Assembly: GCA_965202985.1 (NCBI GenBank)
Contig: CBDBCF010000001.1
Span: forward strand, 1,824,001 to 1,888,000
From: Longimicrobiales bacterium
GTDB taxonomy: Bacteria > Gemmatimonadota > Gemmatimonadetes > Longimicrobiales > Gaopeijiaceae
Length of the DNA stretch: 64,000 nt
Direction: 5' to 3'
Position numbers and translations under genes: made by a program. Positions 41,104-49,703 of this stretch are shown here, piece by piece. The notes beneath the pieces were generated by a model that made no database searches, had not been told where the DNA came from, and saw only the letters and a program-made list of their open reading frames with translations. How positions within the stretch are numbered: the first letter of the stretch is position 1; every line of letters starts with the position of its first letter.

Positions 41104-41228
41104 TGCGCGAAGCGAATGGAGGGAATGGGGTCCGAACGTGTTCGAGCCGAAGGGGGTCTCGGGCCGGCAGGCACGAGTCCCCGAAGACGGCCAACGGCCC
41201 ATCCCACTCCCTCCGTGCGCGAAGCGAA
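41089..41228 (+). repeat. 28-bp direct repeat (tRNA-Ser 3' end plus trailer) flanking a structured spacer, period 112 bp
   Basis: atcccactccctccgtgcgcgaagcgaa at 41089-41116 and 41201-41228. Confidence 0.9.
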
Positions 41229-41265
41229 ACGAGCGGATGGGCCTCCATCCCCTACTTCCCCACCA

Positions 41266-41350
41266 GGACGGGTGGCCGAGCGGCTTAAGGCGCACGACTG
41301 GAAATCGTGTGGGCATTTTGCCCACGTGGGTTCGAATCCCACCCCGTCCG
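41266..41350 (+). tRNA. tRNA-Ser (GGA)
   Basis: cacga ct GGA aa tcgtg; variable arm. Confidence 0.95.
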
Positions 41351-41385
41351 TTCTCCCAGTCCCTTCTCGTTGTCCCACCAAGCCA

Positions 41386-41459
41386 CGGGGCGTGGCTCAG
41401 TCCGGTAGAGCGCTGCGTTCGGGTCGCAGAGGTCCCCGGTTCGAATCCGGGCGCCCCGA
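41386..41459 (+). tRNA. tRNA-Pro (CGG)
   Basis: ctgcg tt CGG gt cgcag. Confidence 0.95.
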
Positions 41460-41472
41460 TTCTCCGACGGAA

Positions 41473-41556
41473 GGAGGCGTAGTCCTAACTGGTAAGGCAC
41501 CGCACTCGAAATGCGGCGTGCGCAAGCACTTGGGGGTTCGAGTCCCTCCGCCTCCG
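41473..41556 (+). tRNA. tRNA-Ser (CGA)
   Basis: ccgca ct CGA aa tgcgg; variable arm. Confidence 0.93.
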
Positions 41557-41683
41557 TCGCCCTGTCCGCCATGCTTTCGCGGGCAGGGCTTTCTTGCGTA
41601 ACCTTGCGTCTCGCTCGGCCTGTCGCCCGACGCATTCCCGTCGCCGCCTCTCCCCCAGCCGGCTTTCTTTGGAAGCGGACCCC

Positions 41684-43951
41684 GTGAAGCAGCTTCTTCA
41701 GTCGTACAGAACCGGCGAACTGTGGCTCGCGGAGGTGCCCGCGCCCCGGTGCGCATCCGGCGGCGTCGTGGTTCGGACCCGGTTCAGCGTGATCTCGGCG
41801 GGCACCGAAAAGATGCTCATGGAGCTGGCCAAGAAGAGCCTGCTGGCCAAGGCCCGCGCCCGGCCCGACCTGGTGAAGCGCGTCGTGGCGAAGGCGCGCG
41901 TCGAAGGGATCGGGCCCGCATTGCGGAAGGCGCTGGCCAAGCTGGACGAGCCCGTGTGCCTGGGATACTCCGCTTCCGGCGACGTGGTGGAGGCCGGCGT
42001 GGAGGCAGGCGGCCTCAGGCCGGGCGACCGCGTGGCCGTGGGCGGCGGGGGCTACGCCACGCACGCCGAGTTCAACTTCGTTCCCCGGAACCTCTGCGTT
42101 CGCGTCCCCGAAGGCGTTTCCCACGCCGACGCCGCCTTTGCGACGGTGGGCGCCGTCGCAGTGCAGGGCGTGCGGCAAGCCTCCCCGCTGCTGGGCGAGC
42201 ATGTCGTGGTGATCGGGCTGGGGCTGCTCGGTTTGCTGACCGTGCAAATCCTCAAGGCCAACGGCTGCGCCGTCCTGGGCGTCGACCCGGACTCGAACCG
42301 GGCTGATTTGGCCAAGAAGCTGGGTGCCGACGCGGTTGCGGTCTCGGACGTCGAGGGCGCTTCGGAGGCGTTCACGTCGGGCCGAGGCGCCGACGCCGTG
42401 ATCATCGCTGCCGCCTCGTCCGACAACGGTCCCATCGAGACCGCAGCCCGCGTGTCGAGGCAGAAGGGGCGCGTGGTGGCGGTGGGCTTGGTGGGGTTGG
42501 ACGTGCCCCGCGACGCTTTCTTCCGGAAGGAGCTGGACTTGCGCCTGTCCATGTCCTACGGGCCGGGCCGCTACGACCCCGCCTACGAGGAAGGGGGCAC
42601 CGACTATCCGCTGCCGTACGTCCGCTTCACCGAGCAGCGCAACATGGAGAGCTTCCTGTACTTGGTGGAGCAGGGAAAGGCGACGCCGCAGGCCCTGGTG
42701 ACCCACGTCGAGCCGTTCGAGAACGCGCTGGACGCCTACGCCGCCCTGATCGGCGCCGGCGCCGGGGCCGGCGGCGACCGGGAAGCGGGTACCAAGCCGC
42801 TGGGTGTTCTGCTCGAGTATCCGACGGACGCGCCGCTGGTCCGCTCCGTGCCGCTGGCGCCGTACGAGGGCCGGGGCACTCGGGAGACCCGCCGCGGCAT
42901 TGGCTCCCGTGACGGCACCGGACCCCACCAAGAGACCGGCTCCCGCGACGGCGCTCGCCCTCGCCACATGCGCGTGGGTTTCGTGGGCGCGGGGGCGTTT
43001 GCCCGCAGCGTCCTGCTGCCGGAGATCGGCCGGCGTCGCGACGTTCGCCTTGCGGGCGTGTGCACCGCCACCGGGCGTAGCGCCCAGCAGGCCGCCCAGC
43101 AGTTCGGCTTTGCCTTCGCAACCACCGACGCCGTCCGCGTTCTGGACGACGCAGACACCGACGCCGTGTTCGTGGCCACCCGCCACGACAGCCACGCCGC
43201 CCTGGCCGCCGCCGCTCTGCGGGCGGGCAAGCACGTCTTCGTGGAGAAGCCGCTGTGCATTCGCGAAGAGGAGATGGGCGAGGTCGAGGCGGCGTTGGCG
43301 GAAGCGCGCCGAGCAGGGCGCGACCCGTGCCTGATGGTGGGCTTCAACCGGCGCTTCTCGCCGCACGGCCGGGCTCTGCGGGCCGGTTTCGGCGAGCGGG
43401 GGCGGGCGCCGCTGGTGGTGAGCTACCGCGTCAACGCCGGCCCCGTGCCGGACCAGAGCTGGGTGCAGGACTCGGCCGTGGGAGGCGGTCGCATCGTGGG
43501 CGAAGCGTGCCACTTCGTGGACTTCTGCGGCGCGGTGGTGGGCAGCGAACCCGTCGCCGTCTGGGCGACCGCCGTCTCGGGAGACCGCGCCGGCGCCGTT
43601 TCCCCGGACTCGGTCGTCATGAACGTGGAGTACGCCTGCGGTTCCCTGGCTTCGATCCAGTACTTGGCCGGCGGACATCGGGACCTGCCCAAGGAACGCT
43701 GCGAAGTCTTGGGAGGCGGGTGCGCCGCGCTGGTGGACGACTTTCGCGCAACCCGGTTCTTCGGAGGCGGGCCGGGTGCGCGGGGCAGGCAGGACAAGGG
43801 CTTTGCCGCCGAGCTGGAGGCGTTCTTCGAGACGTGCGCCAAAGGAGGGCCGTGGCCGATCTCTTGGGAGAGCTTGATCGCCACGCACCGGGTGTGCTTC
43901 GCGGCGGTCCGCAGCGCCAAGACCGGCGAGCGGGTGGTGGTTGCCCGATGA
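41684..43951 (+). CDS. Bi-domain oxidoreductase (MDR/Zn-ADH-like + Gfo/Idh/MocA) of polysaccharide biosynthesis clusters
   Basis: GTG start; ISAGTE, LGYSASG, GLGLLG, SYGPGRYD, GFVGAGAFA, TRHDSHA, VFVEKP, GFNRRFSP, GEACHFVD. Confidence 0.88.
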   Translation: MKQLLQSYRTGELWLAEVPAPRCASGGVVVRTRFSVISAGTEKMLMELAKKSLLAKARARPDLVKRVVAKARVEGIGPALRKALAKLDEPVCLGYSASGDVVEAGVEAGGLRPGDRVAVGGGGYATHAEFNFVPRNLCVRVPEGVSHADAAFATVGAVAVQGVRQASPLLGEHVVVIGLGLLGLLTVQILKANGCAVLGVDPDSNRADLAKKLGADAVAVSDVEGASEAFTSGRGADAVIIAAASSDNGPIETAARVSRQKGRVVAVGLVGLDVPRDAFFRKELDLRLSMSYGPGRYDPAYEEGGTDYPLPYVRFTEQRNMESFLYLVEQGKATPQALVTHVEPFENALDAYAALIGAGAGAGGDREAGTKPLGVLLEYPTDAPLVRSVPLAPYEGRGTRETRRGIGSRDGTGPHQETGSRDGARPRHMRVGFVGAGAFARSVLLPEIGRRRDVRLAGVCTATGRSAQQAAQQFGFAFATTDAVRVLDDADTDAVFVATRHDSHAALAAAALRAGKHVFVEKPLCIREEEMGEVEAALAEARRAGRDPCLMVGFNRRFSPHGRALRAGFGERGRAPLVVSYRVNAGPVPDQSWVQDSAVGGGRIVGEACHFVDFCGAVVGSEPVAVWATAVSGDRAGAVSPDSVVMNVEYACGSLASIQYLAGGHRDLPKERCEVLGGGCAALVDDFRATRFFGGGPGARGRQDKGFAAELEAFFETCAKGGPWPISWESLIATHRVCFAAVRSAKTGERVVVAR

Positions 43952-45225
43952 CGAGCGGGGCGGCCGGGGGCGTGTCGAGTCGCTCCCCGGGCGAGCCAGG
44001 CGACCCCGACCGTCTTCGCATCCTGACCATCGTCGGCACCCGTCCGAACTTCGTCAAGGTCGCGTCGCTGATGGAAGCGTACCGTTCGAAGGGCGCCGGC
44101 GTGATCGATCCCGTGCTGGTGCACACGGGCCAACACTACGACGACGCCATGAGCGACAACTTCTTCCGCGACCTGGACTTGTCCCGGCCGGACGTGAACC
44201 TGAACGTCGGTTCGGGAAGCCACGCGGCGCAGACGGCCCAGATCATGACCCGCTTCGAGCAGGTGGTGGTGGATCAGCAGCCCAGCGCGGTGGTCGTGGT
44301 GGGCGACGTGAACAGCACGGTCGCGTGCGCGTTGGTGTGCGCCAAGATGCGCGTTCCCGTGGTGCATGTGGAGGCCGGCCTGCGGAGCGGCGACCGCTTG
44401 ATGCCGGAAGAGATCAACCGCCTCGTGACCGATGCGGTCGCCGACCTGATGTTCTGCACCGAACCGGCGGCGGTCCGCAACTTGGCGCGAGAAGGAGCCG
44501 ATCCCGACAACGTGTTCCTGGTGGGCAACGTCATGGTGGACACGCTCCTTCGGTTCCGGGAGCGTGCCCGATCTTCCCGGGTCCTGGAGGAGCTCGGCGT
44601 GACGCCGGGCAACTACGCCGTCGTGACGCTGCACCGGCCGTCCAACGTGGACGACGGGGCGGTCCTGGCGGGACTTGCGGAGGCGATCACCCAGGTCCTG
44701 TCGACAGTCCCCGTGGTGTTGCCTGCCCATCCCCGTCTTCGCAACGCTCTGGCGCAGGCCGGGTTGGAAGCGTGGTCCGACCGCTCGCGCGACCTGAAGA
44801 TGACCGGCCCTCTTCCCTACCTGGACTTTGTCGAGCTGTTGGCAAACGCCCGCGTAGCGCTCACCGATTCGGGCGGCGTGCAGGAAGAGACCACGGTGCT
44901 GGGCGTTCCTTGCGTCACTTTGCGCAACAACACGGAGCGCCCGATCACGATCGAGGCCGGGACGAACCGGCTGGCCGGGGTCGAGCCCCAAAGCGTCGTC
45001 GCGGCGTTCAGGGCAGCGTTGCGCGACGGTGACGCCGACGGCGATCAGGACCGCGCGCGCCGCCTAGGCCAGGAGCGGCCGCCGGCGTCGGACGGCGACC
45101 GCGAAGGCCTGAAGCGCGACCGACCCCTCCCGCCGCTGTGGGACGGCAAGGCGGCGGAGCGAATCGTGCCGATCCTGGTCGAGCGGTTGCGGGCTCAGCG
45201 CAGCATGACGCGCGCGCCCATCTGA
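43948..45225 (+). CDS. wecB: UDP-N-acetylglucosamine 2-epimerase (non-hydrolysing)
   Basis: GTRPNFVK, HTGQHYD, GDVNST, HVEAGLRS, PEEINR, HRPSNVD, TDSGGVQEE, TERP, WDGKAAERI. Confidence 0.93.
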   Translation: MTSGAAGGVSSRSPGEPGDPDRLRILTIVGTRPNFVKVASLMEAYRSKGAGVIDPVLVHTGQHYDDAMSDNFFRDLDLSRPDVNLNVGSGSHAAQTAQIMTRFEQVVVDQQPSAVVVVGDVNSTVACALVCAKMRVPVVHVEAGLRSGDRLMPEEINRLVTDAVADLMFCTEPAAVRNLAREGADPDNVFLVGNVMVDTLLRFRERARSSRVLEELGVTPGNYAVVTLHRPSNVDDGAVLAGLAEAITQVLSTVPVVLPAHPRLRNALAQAGLEAWSDRSRDLKMTGPLPYLDFVELLANARVALTDSGGVQEETTVLGVPCVTLRNNTERPITIEAGTNRLAGVEPQSVVAAFRAALRDGDADGDQDRARRLGQERPPASDGDREGLKRDRPLPPLWDGKAAERIVPILVERLRAQRSMTRAPI

Positions 45226-48200
45226 ATTCGCCACCTGGAGAACACGCCCGGGTCGGACATGAACGTCCGGTCGGGTCCGGTGAACTCGAAGACGGGTTCG
45301 CCGGTGCCGTCGAACTCCACCAGCCGCAGCGGAGACGTGGCGGCCGGGCTGGCGATCTTGCGCACGCCCCAGGCGCTGTTCAGCAGATTGCCCACGTTGA
45401 GGACGTCCAAGCTGATCTGAACCGTCTGTCCGCGCACGCGCACGTCCTGCAATATCCGCACGTCCAAGCTGCTGAACCAAGGCGCCAAGGCACCCATCCG
45501 CTCCGAAGTGCGGCCCCGGTTGCGGCTCAAATACGGGTCCTGTTCGATGAACGCGTCCAAGAGCGCCCACTCCGACGGGTTCGCCAAGTTGATGTCGCCC
45601 GCGTCCCGCGGAATATAGATCAAGTCGTTGCCGGCCTGCCCGTCGCCGTTCACGTCGCCGGCGTAGACGAACGAGAACCGGTTGCCCCCGGCGGCGGTGA
45701 AGCGCCCGCCCTGCGCCACTTCCGCGAAGAGGCCGAAGTGGGTCGCGAACCGCTCCGACCAGGTGCGCGTGTACGTGCCCGAGGCGGTGAACCGGTGCCG
45801 CGGACCGAACTCGGACCACGACAGGCGCGGGTTGTTGGGGTCGCCCTGCATCGGCAAGTTCTGCCACATCACCGATGCGATCTCGGTGGTCTTCATGTTG
45901 TTCTTCGCCTGGGTGAAGGCGTAGGCGGCGGACGCCGAACCGCTTGCAAAGCTCCGGCCGAGCTGGGCGGTCAGGTTGAAGTTGTAGCCCTGGCTGGAGT
46001 TGTCCAACACGTAGATGCCGGCACCGCCGTCGGGGTTGAGTTCGTGGGCGCCCGGGCCGCCGTAGTAGGGGCGGCCGTCGCGCAGCGTCCGCTGGGGGTG
46101 CGCCAAGTCGGCGTTGCGCACCACGACCGCGTTGACATCGTTGCCGTACAGCACCTCCAGCGTGCCGGTCCAGCCGCCGGGCAGCTGCTGGTCCACGGCA
46201 AGGTCCGTCACCCACACCTGCGGCCATCGAAAGTCGGCGTCCAAGGCATTCAGGTCGAAGGTCTGCTGCAGGACCGTGTTCTCGGCCGTCTGCACTTGCG
46301 GCACGCCCTCGTTGGCGCCCGGAGCCCAGATGTTCGGGTTGGCCCCCGGGTTGGAGATCACGTTGCCGACCCAAACGAACGGGATTCGGCCCGTGAAGAC
46401 CCCCGTCCCGCCCCGCAGTCGCGTCGAACCATCCCCGCGCACATCCCAGTTGAACCCCAGCCGGGGCGAAAGCAGCGGGGTAGCGCCGGGCAGCGCGCTT
46501 TGGTCAACTGTTTCGGGGTTGCCGTCGCGGTCCAAGGCCGCAAGCCCGCGCGAGAAAGGGTTGTCCACCGGTTCCGTGAAGTACAAGGGGATGTCCACGC
46601 GGAGCCCGGCGGTCACGTCAAGGTTGTCGCCGACGGAGAATTCGTCTTGTGCATACAGCGACAGTTGCCCAATGTCGGTGGTTTCGCCCTTGTAGGGTCC
46701 GACGCCGATCATGGCGTCGAAGTCCTTGGCGCCGTCCTCGGTCGCGGCGAAGAACTCGTCCAGCGAAGCGAATGTGGAGCCGATCGAGAGCGTCCAGGGC
46801 AAGAAGAACAGGCCGTGGCGAAAGAGGTTGAAGGAGTTGAAGAAGCCGAACGTCTCGAAGTTGGCGCCGGCCGTCAGCGCGTGCCTGCCCCGGTAGAAGG
46901 TCGCGTTGTTGGTGAACTGCAGCACGTCCTGGTGCACCACGTTGCGGATCGAAAAGGGCTCGTGGCCCAGCGTGGTGTAGCCGATTCCGCCTTCGCCGAT
47001 CTCGATCGTGGGGTAGTCGGCGCTGAACGGATCGCGAGTGTCGCGAAACCGGTTGTAGCTGGCGAAGAAGCGATTGGCGTAGCGGTCGCCACGACTGTTC
47101 AGCTCCAGCGCAAACGAGTGCAGCCGGTTGTTGATCGCGTAGCCGGCGTTGCGAAAGGGAAGCGACGAGCCGTTGGGGCCGCGGCCGGCGTTGTTGAAGC
47201 TGATCGCAGCCGGATGCGGCCCTTGCTCCCGACGGGCGTCCAAGTAGCTGTAACGGAAGGTGAAGTGCTGGCGGTCGCTGACGTTCCAGTCCAGCTTGGC
47301 CAGCAGCTTGTCGTTGTCGGTCTCGTGGACGTAGCCCTGGTAGGGGCCGGGGTCGTAGCCGTAGACCGACATCATGCGCGCCCGGATCGAGTCCATGACC
47401 GAGGCGCGCACCCGCGACTCCCCGAAGCCCGGCGCGCCGTCGTCTCCGCTGGCGACGAAGTCGGTGCCCGGATCGTCCCGACGCTCGATCTCGGCGTTCA
47501 CGAAGAAGAGAAGCTTGTCGCGAACGACCGGTCCCGAGGCCGTGACGCCCGACTGGTTGAACGACAGGTCGGGGCTCGCGGACACCTCGTTGCCTTCGAC
47601 CCGGTTGCCGATCAGAGATTCGTTGCGCGCGAACGTGTACGCGGATGCTTGGTAGCGGTTGGTGCCGCTCTTGGTCACGGTGTTCACGTTGGCGCCGGTG
47701 AAGCCGCCCTCGCGCACGTCGAACGGCGCCACCGACACGTGAACCTGCTCCACGGCGTCGAAGGGGACCGGTTCCGCGTTGGCCTGGCCGCCCGGCGCCG
47801 GGTCGTCCAAGCCGAACGGGTTGCTGAAGTAGGAGCCGTCCAGCGAGACGTTGTTGTAGAGCCAGTTGCGCCCGGCGAAGGCCAGGTTGCCGTCGTTGCG
47901 CGGGTCGACGCGAACGAGGTCCCGCGTGGTGCGCTTGATCGACGGCAGCGCCGCGACCTGTTCGGAACCGATCGACGTGGCCGCGCCCGTGCGCCCGGCC
48001 GCGCGCCCCTGGCCTGCGGGCACCTCCACCTCGATGCCTTCGATCTCCAAGGCCCGCGCTTCCAGATGAAGGTCGACGCGAACCGTCTGGCCCAGCAGCA
48101 CGAAGACACCCTCTTCCGTGCGCGCGGCGTGCCCGATCATCTCGGCGGTGACCGCGTACGGTCCGCCCACGCGCATGTTGGGAAGCGAGAACGCCCCGTC

Positions 48201-49595
48201 CGCCCGACTGACCGCCGAGTAGCGCGTGCCCGACTCCACATGCACCGCAACCACCGACGCGCCCGTCAAGGGCTGGTCTTCGGCCCCGTACACGAAGCCG
48301 CCCACGCCGCCGGTCGTCACGCCCTGGCCGGCCAGGGCGGGCGCAGGGAAGGCGGCCGCCGCCGCCAGCAGCAGCACCGACGCGACCCCCGCCGAACGTC
48401 TTGGGCCAGCGCCTGCTATACCAGCGCTGTCGCCGGAGCGCGACTCGGCGGACGACGCCTCCGCGGAAGCGGCCTCGGCGGGCTGTCCACGCCGATTGCC
48501 CGCCGAAAGCCCCTGCGCCTCCAGCGCCTCGACGACGGACTTGATGATCCCGTCTCGTTCGTCGTGCACCTGCACGTATACCTGGAAGGCCTGCCACGTG
48601 CCCCTGGGGCCGTCGTCGAACAGCGTGCCGTCGATGACGAAGGGCTCCTTGGAAGCCTTGATCGACGCGCAGCAGTCGGCCCTGGATTCGCCGTGTCCGA
48701 AGCGCCGAAGCGCGATCTTGGCGACGCCCCGCACCGACGCGATGGCGCGGACGATGTCGCGGGCTCGCGCAGAGGGGATGTCCCCGAGTTCGCGAACCGC
48801 CTTGCCCCAAACGGTGGAATGCGATTTGCCGGACGACACGTCCACGCGGACCGCCCCCTCGGGCCGGGGTTCCTTGACGAAGGCGGCCCGGGGGTTCCGC
48901 TTGCGCGCAAGAGAGCGCTTCCACTCCCTGGTCAGCCCTGCGAACGCCAAGTCGCGCTTCCGCTCCCACCTTCGGAAGACGGTGCGAATGGCGTTGTCGA
49001 TGTCCGTGGTGGTCACGGCGCCGTCGATCCATCGGTCGCTCTTCTCCAGCTCGGCGATCACCTCCGGCAGCACGATTCGGGGCACCACGATGTCGTCGTT
49101 CTTGGTCCTGCGGCAGGCCCCCGCCACCGACGCAATGATCTTGCGGCGCGCAAAGGCTTCCTGACGTCCGCCCGACTTGCGCACCTTCCAGCTCGCCTCG
49201 GCGCCGAGCATGTCGCGCAACGCCTTGGCCGCCTTGAGCGCGCTGTCGACGACGGCGTCGGCGTGGAACTGCAACATGCGGTGACGGAGATGGTTCGGGT
49301 CCGCAACGACGACCGGGCGTCCGATCCGGCTGGCGTGCACAACGCCCAAGGTCGTGCCGATCGACTCTCGCCACATGTTGGCAAGGATGCCGTTCGACCG
49401 CTTGATCTCCCCGAGGTCCGCTTCCACGAACTCTTGCGGACTCGACCTCCTGGAGATCATGTCTTCGGTCGGGTCGATGAAGTCGAAGTCCTTGGCGTAC
49501 TTCTTCTTGACGTCGTCTCGCCACTTGTGCTTCTGGATGTCCGAACATCCGCTGATCGGACCGGCGAGATAGACCAGAAACTTGCTTGAGGACAT
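45195..49595 (-). CDS. Fusion: nucleoside deoxyribosyltransferase-like + ATP-cone-like + DUF2103-like + Oar-type TonB-dependent receptor (1466 aa)
   Basis: Single frame from ATG at 49595. VYLAGPI...DLGEI...SIGT; KVRKSGGRQEAFARRKI...VTTTDI; SHST...; internal signal-like VLLLAAAAAFPAPALA; then GVTTG...VGGPYAV, NNVSLDG, GFTGANVNTVTKSGTN, PRLGFNWD. Confidence 0.8.
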   Translation of the reverse strand: MSSSKFLVYLAGPISGCSDIQKHKWRDDVKKKYAKDFDFIDPTEDMISRRSSPQEFVEADLGEIKRSNGILANMWRESIGTTLGVVHASRIGRPVVVADPNHLRHRMLQFHADAVVDSALKAAKALRDMLGAEASWKVRKSGGRQEAFARRKIIASVAGACRRTKNDDIVVPRIVLPEVIAELEKSDRWIDGAVTTTDIDNAIRTVFRRWERKRDLAFAGLTREWKRSLARKRNPRAAFVKEPRPEGAVRVDVSSGKSHSTVWGKAVRELGDIPSARARDIVRAIASVRGVAKIALRRFGHGESRADCCASIKASKEPFVIDGTLFDDGPRGTWQAFQVYVQVHDERDGIIKSVVEALEAQGLSAGNRRGQPAEAASAEASSAESRSGDSAGIAGAGPRRSAGVASVLLLAAAAAFPAPALAGQGVTTGGVGGFVYGAEDQPLTGASVVAVHVESGTRYSAVSRADGAFSLPNMRVGGPYAVTAEMIGHAARTEEGVFVLLGQTVRVDLHLEARALEIEGIEVEVPAGQGRAAGRTGAATSIGSEQVAALPSIKRTTRDLVRVDPRNDGNLAFAGRNWLYNNVSLDGSYFSNPFGLDDPAPGGQANAEPVPFDAVEQVHVSVAPFDVREGGFTGANVNTVTKSGTNRYQASAYTFARNESLIGNRVEGNEVSASPDLSFNQSGVTASGPVVRDKLLFFVNAEIERRDDPGTDFVASGDDGAPGFGESRVRASVMDSIRARMMSVYGYDPGPYQGYVHETDNDKLLAKLDWNVSDRQHFTFRYSYLDARREQGPHPAAISFNNAGRGPNGSSLPFRNAGYAINNRLHSFALELNSRGDRYANRFFASYNRFRDTRDPFSADYPTIEIGEGGIGYTTLGHEPFSIRNVVHQDVLQFTNNATFYRGRHALTAGANFETFGFFNSFNLFRHGLFFLPWTLSIGSTFASLDEFFAATEDGAKDFDAMIGVGPYKGETTDIGQLSLYAQDEFSVGDNLDVTAGLRVDIPLYFTEPVDNPFSRGLAALDRDGNPETVDQSALPGATPLLSPRLGFNWDVRGDGSTRLRGGTGVFTGRIPFVWVGNVISNPGANPNIWAPGANEGVPQVQTAENTVLQQTFDLNALDADFRWPQVWVTDLAVDQQLPGGWTGTLEVLYGNDVNAVVVRNADLAHPQRTLRDGRPYYGGPGAHELNPDGGAGIYVLDNSSQGYNFNLTAQLGRSFASGSASAAYAFTQAKNNMKTTEIASVMWQNLPMQGDPNNPRLSWSEFGPRHRFTASGTYTRTWSERFATHFGLFAEVAQGGRFTAAGGNRFSFVYAGDVNGDGQAGNDLIYIPRDAGDINLANPSEWALLDAFIEQDPYLSRNRGRTSERMGALAPWFSSLDVRILQDVRVRGQTVQISLDVLNVGNLLNSAWGVRKIASPAATSPLRLVEFDGTGEPVFEFTGPDRTFMSDPGVFSRWRIQMGARVMLR

Positions 49596-49703
49596 GGATT
49601 CGCGCGCGCCGCGCTGGCGGTTGGGAAGGGGAGGAGCGATTTGCGAACCTCGAACGATAAGGTTACGCTCGCCTCCATACCAGCCTTCTTCCGGAGCCCC
49701 GTC

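Noticed and set aside
41118..41215. Selenocysteine or other long tRNA
   Set aside because: No UCA anticodon loop and no T-loop at the proper position.
41089..41228. attL/attR of a prophage or genomic island
   Set aside because: Only 84 bp lie between the repeats and no integrase is nearby; kept as a mini-element or scar instead.
45195..45225. 31-bp convergent overlap of wecB and the receptor gene as regulatory
   Set aside because: Short 3' overlaps are common in GC-rich genomes; no further signal.
45138..49589. 1483-aa plus-strand ORF, and similar shadows at 41285-43888, 31169-33316 and 38196-39911
   Set aside because: Antisense to well-supported genes or tRNAs, with shadow-like composition.
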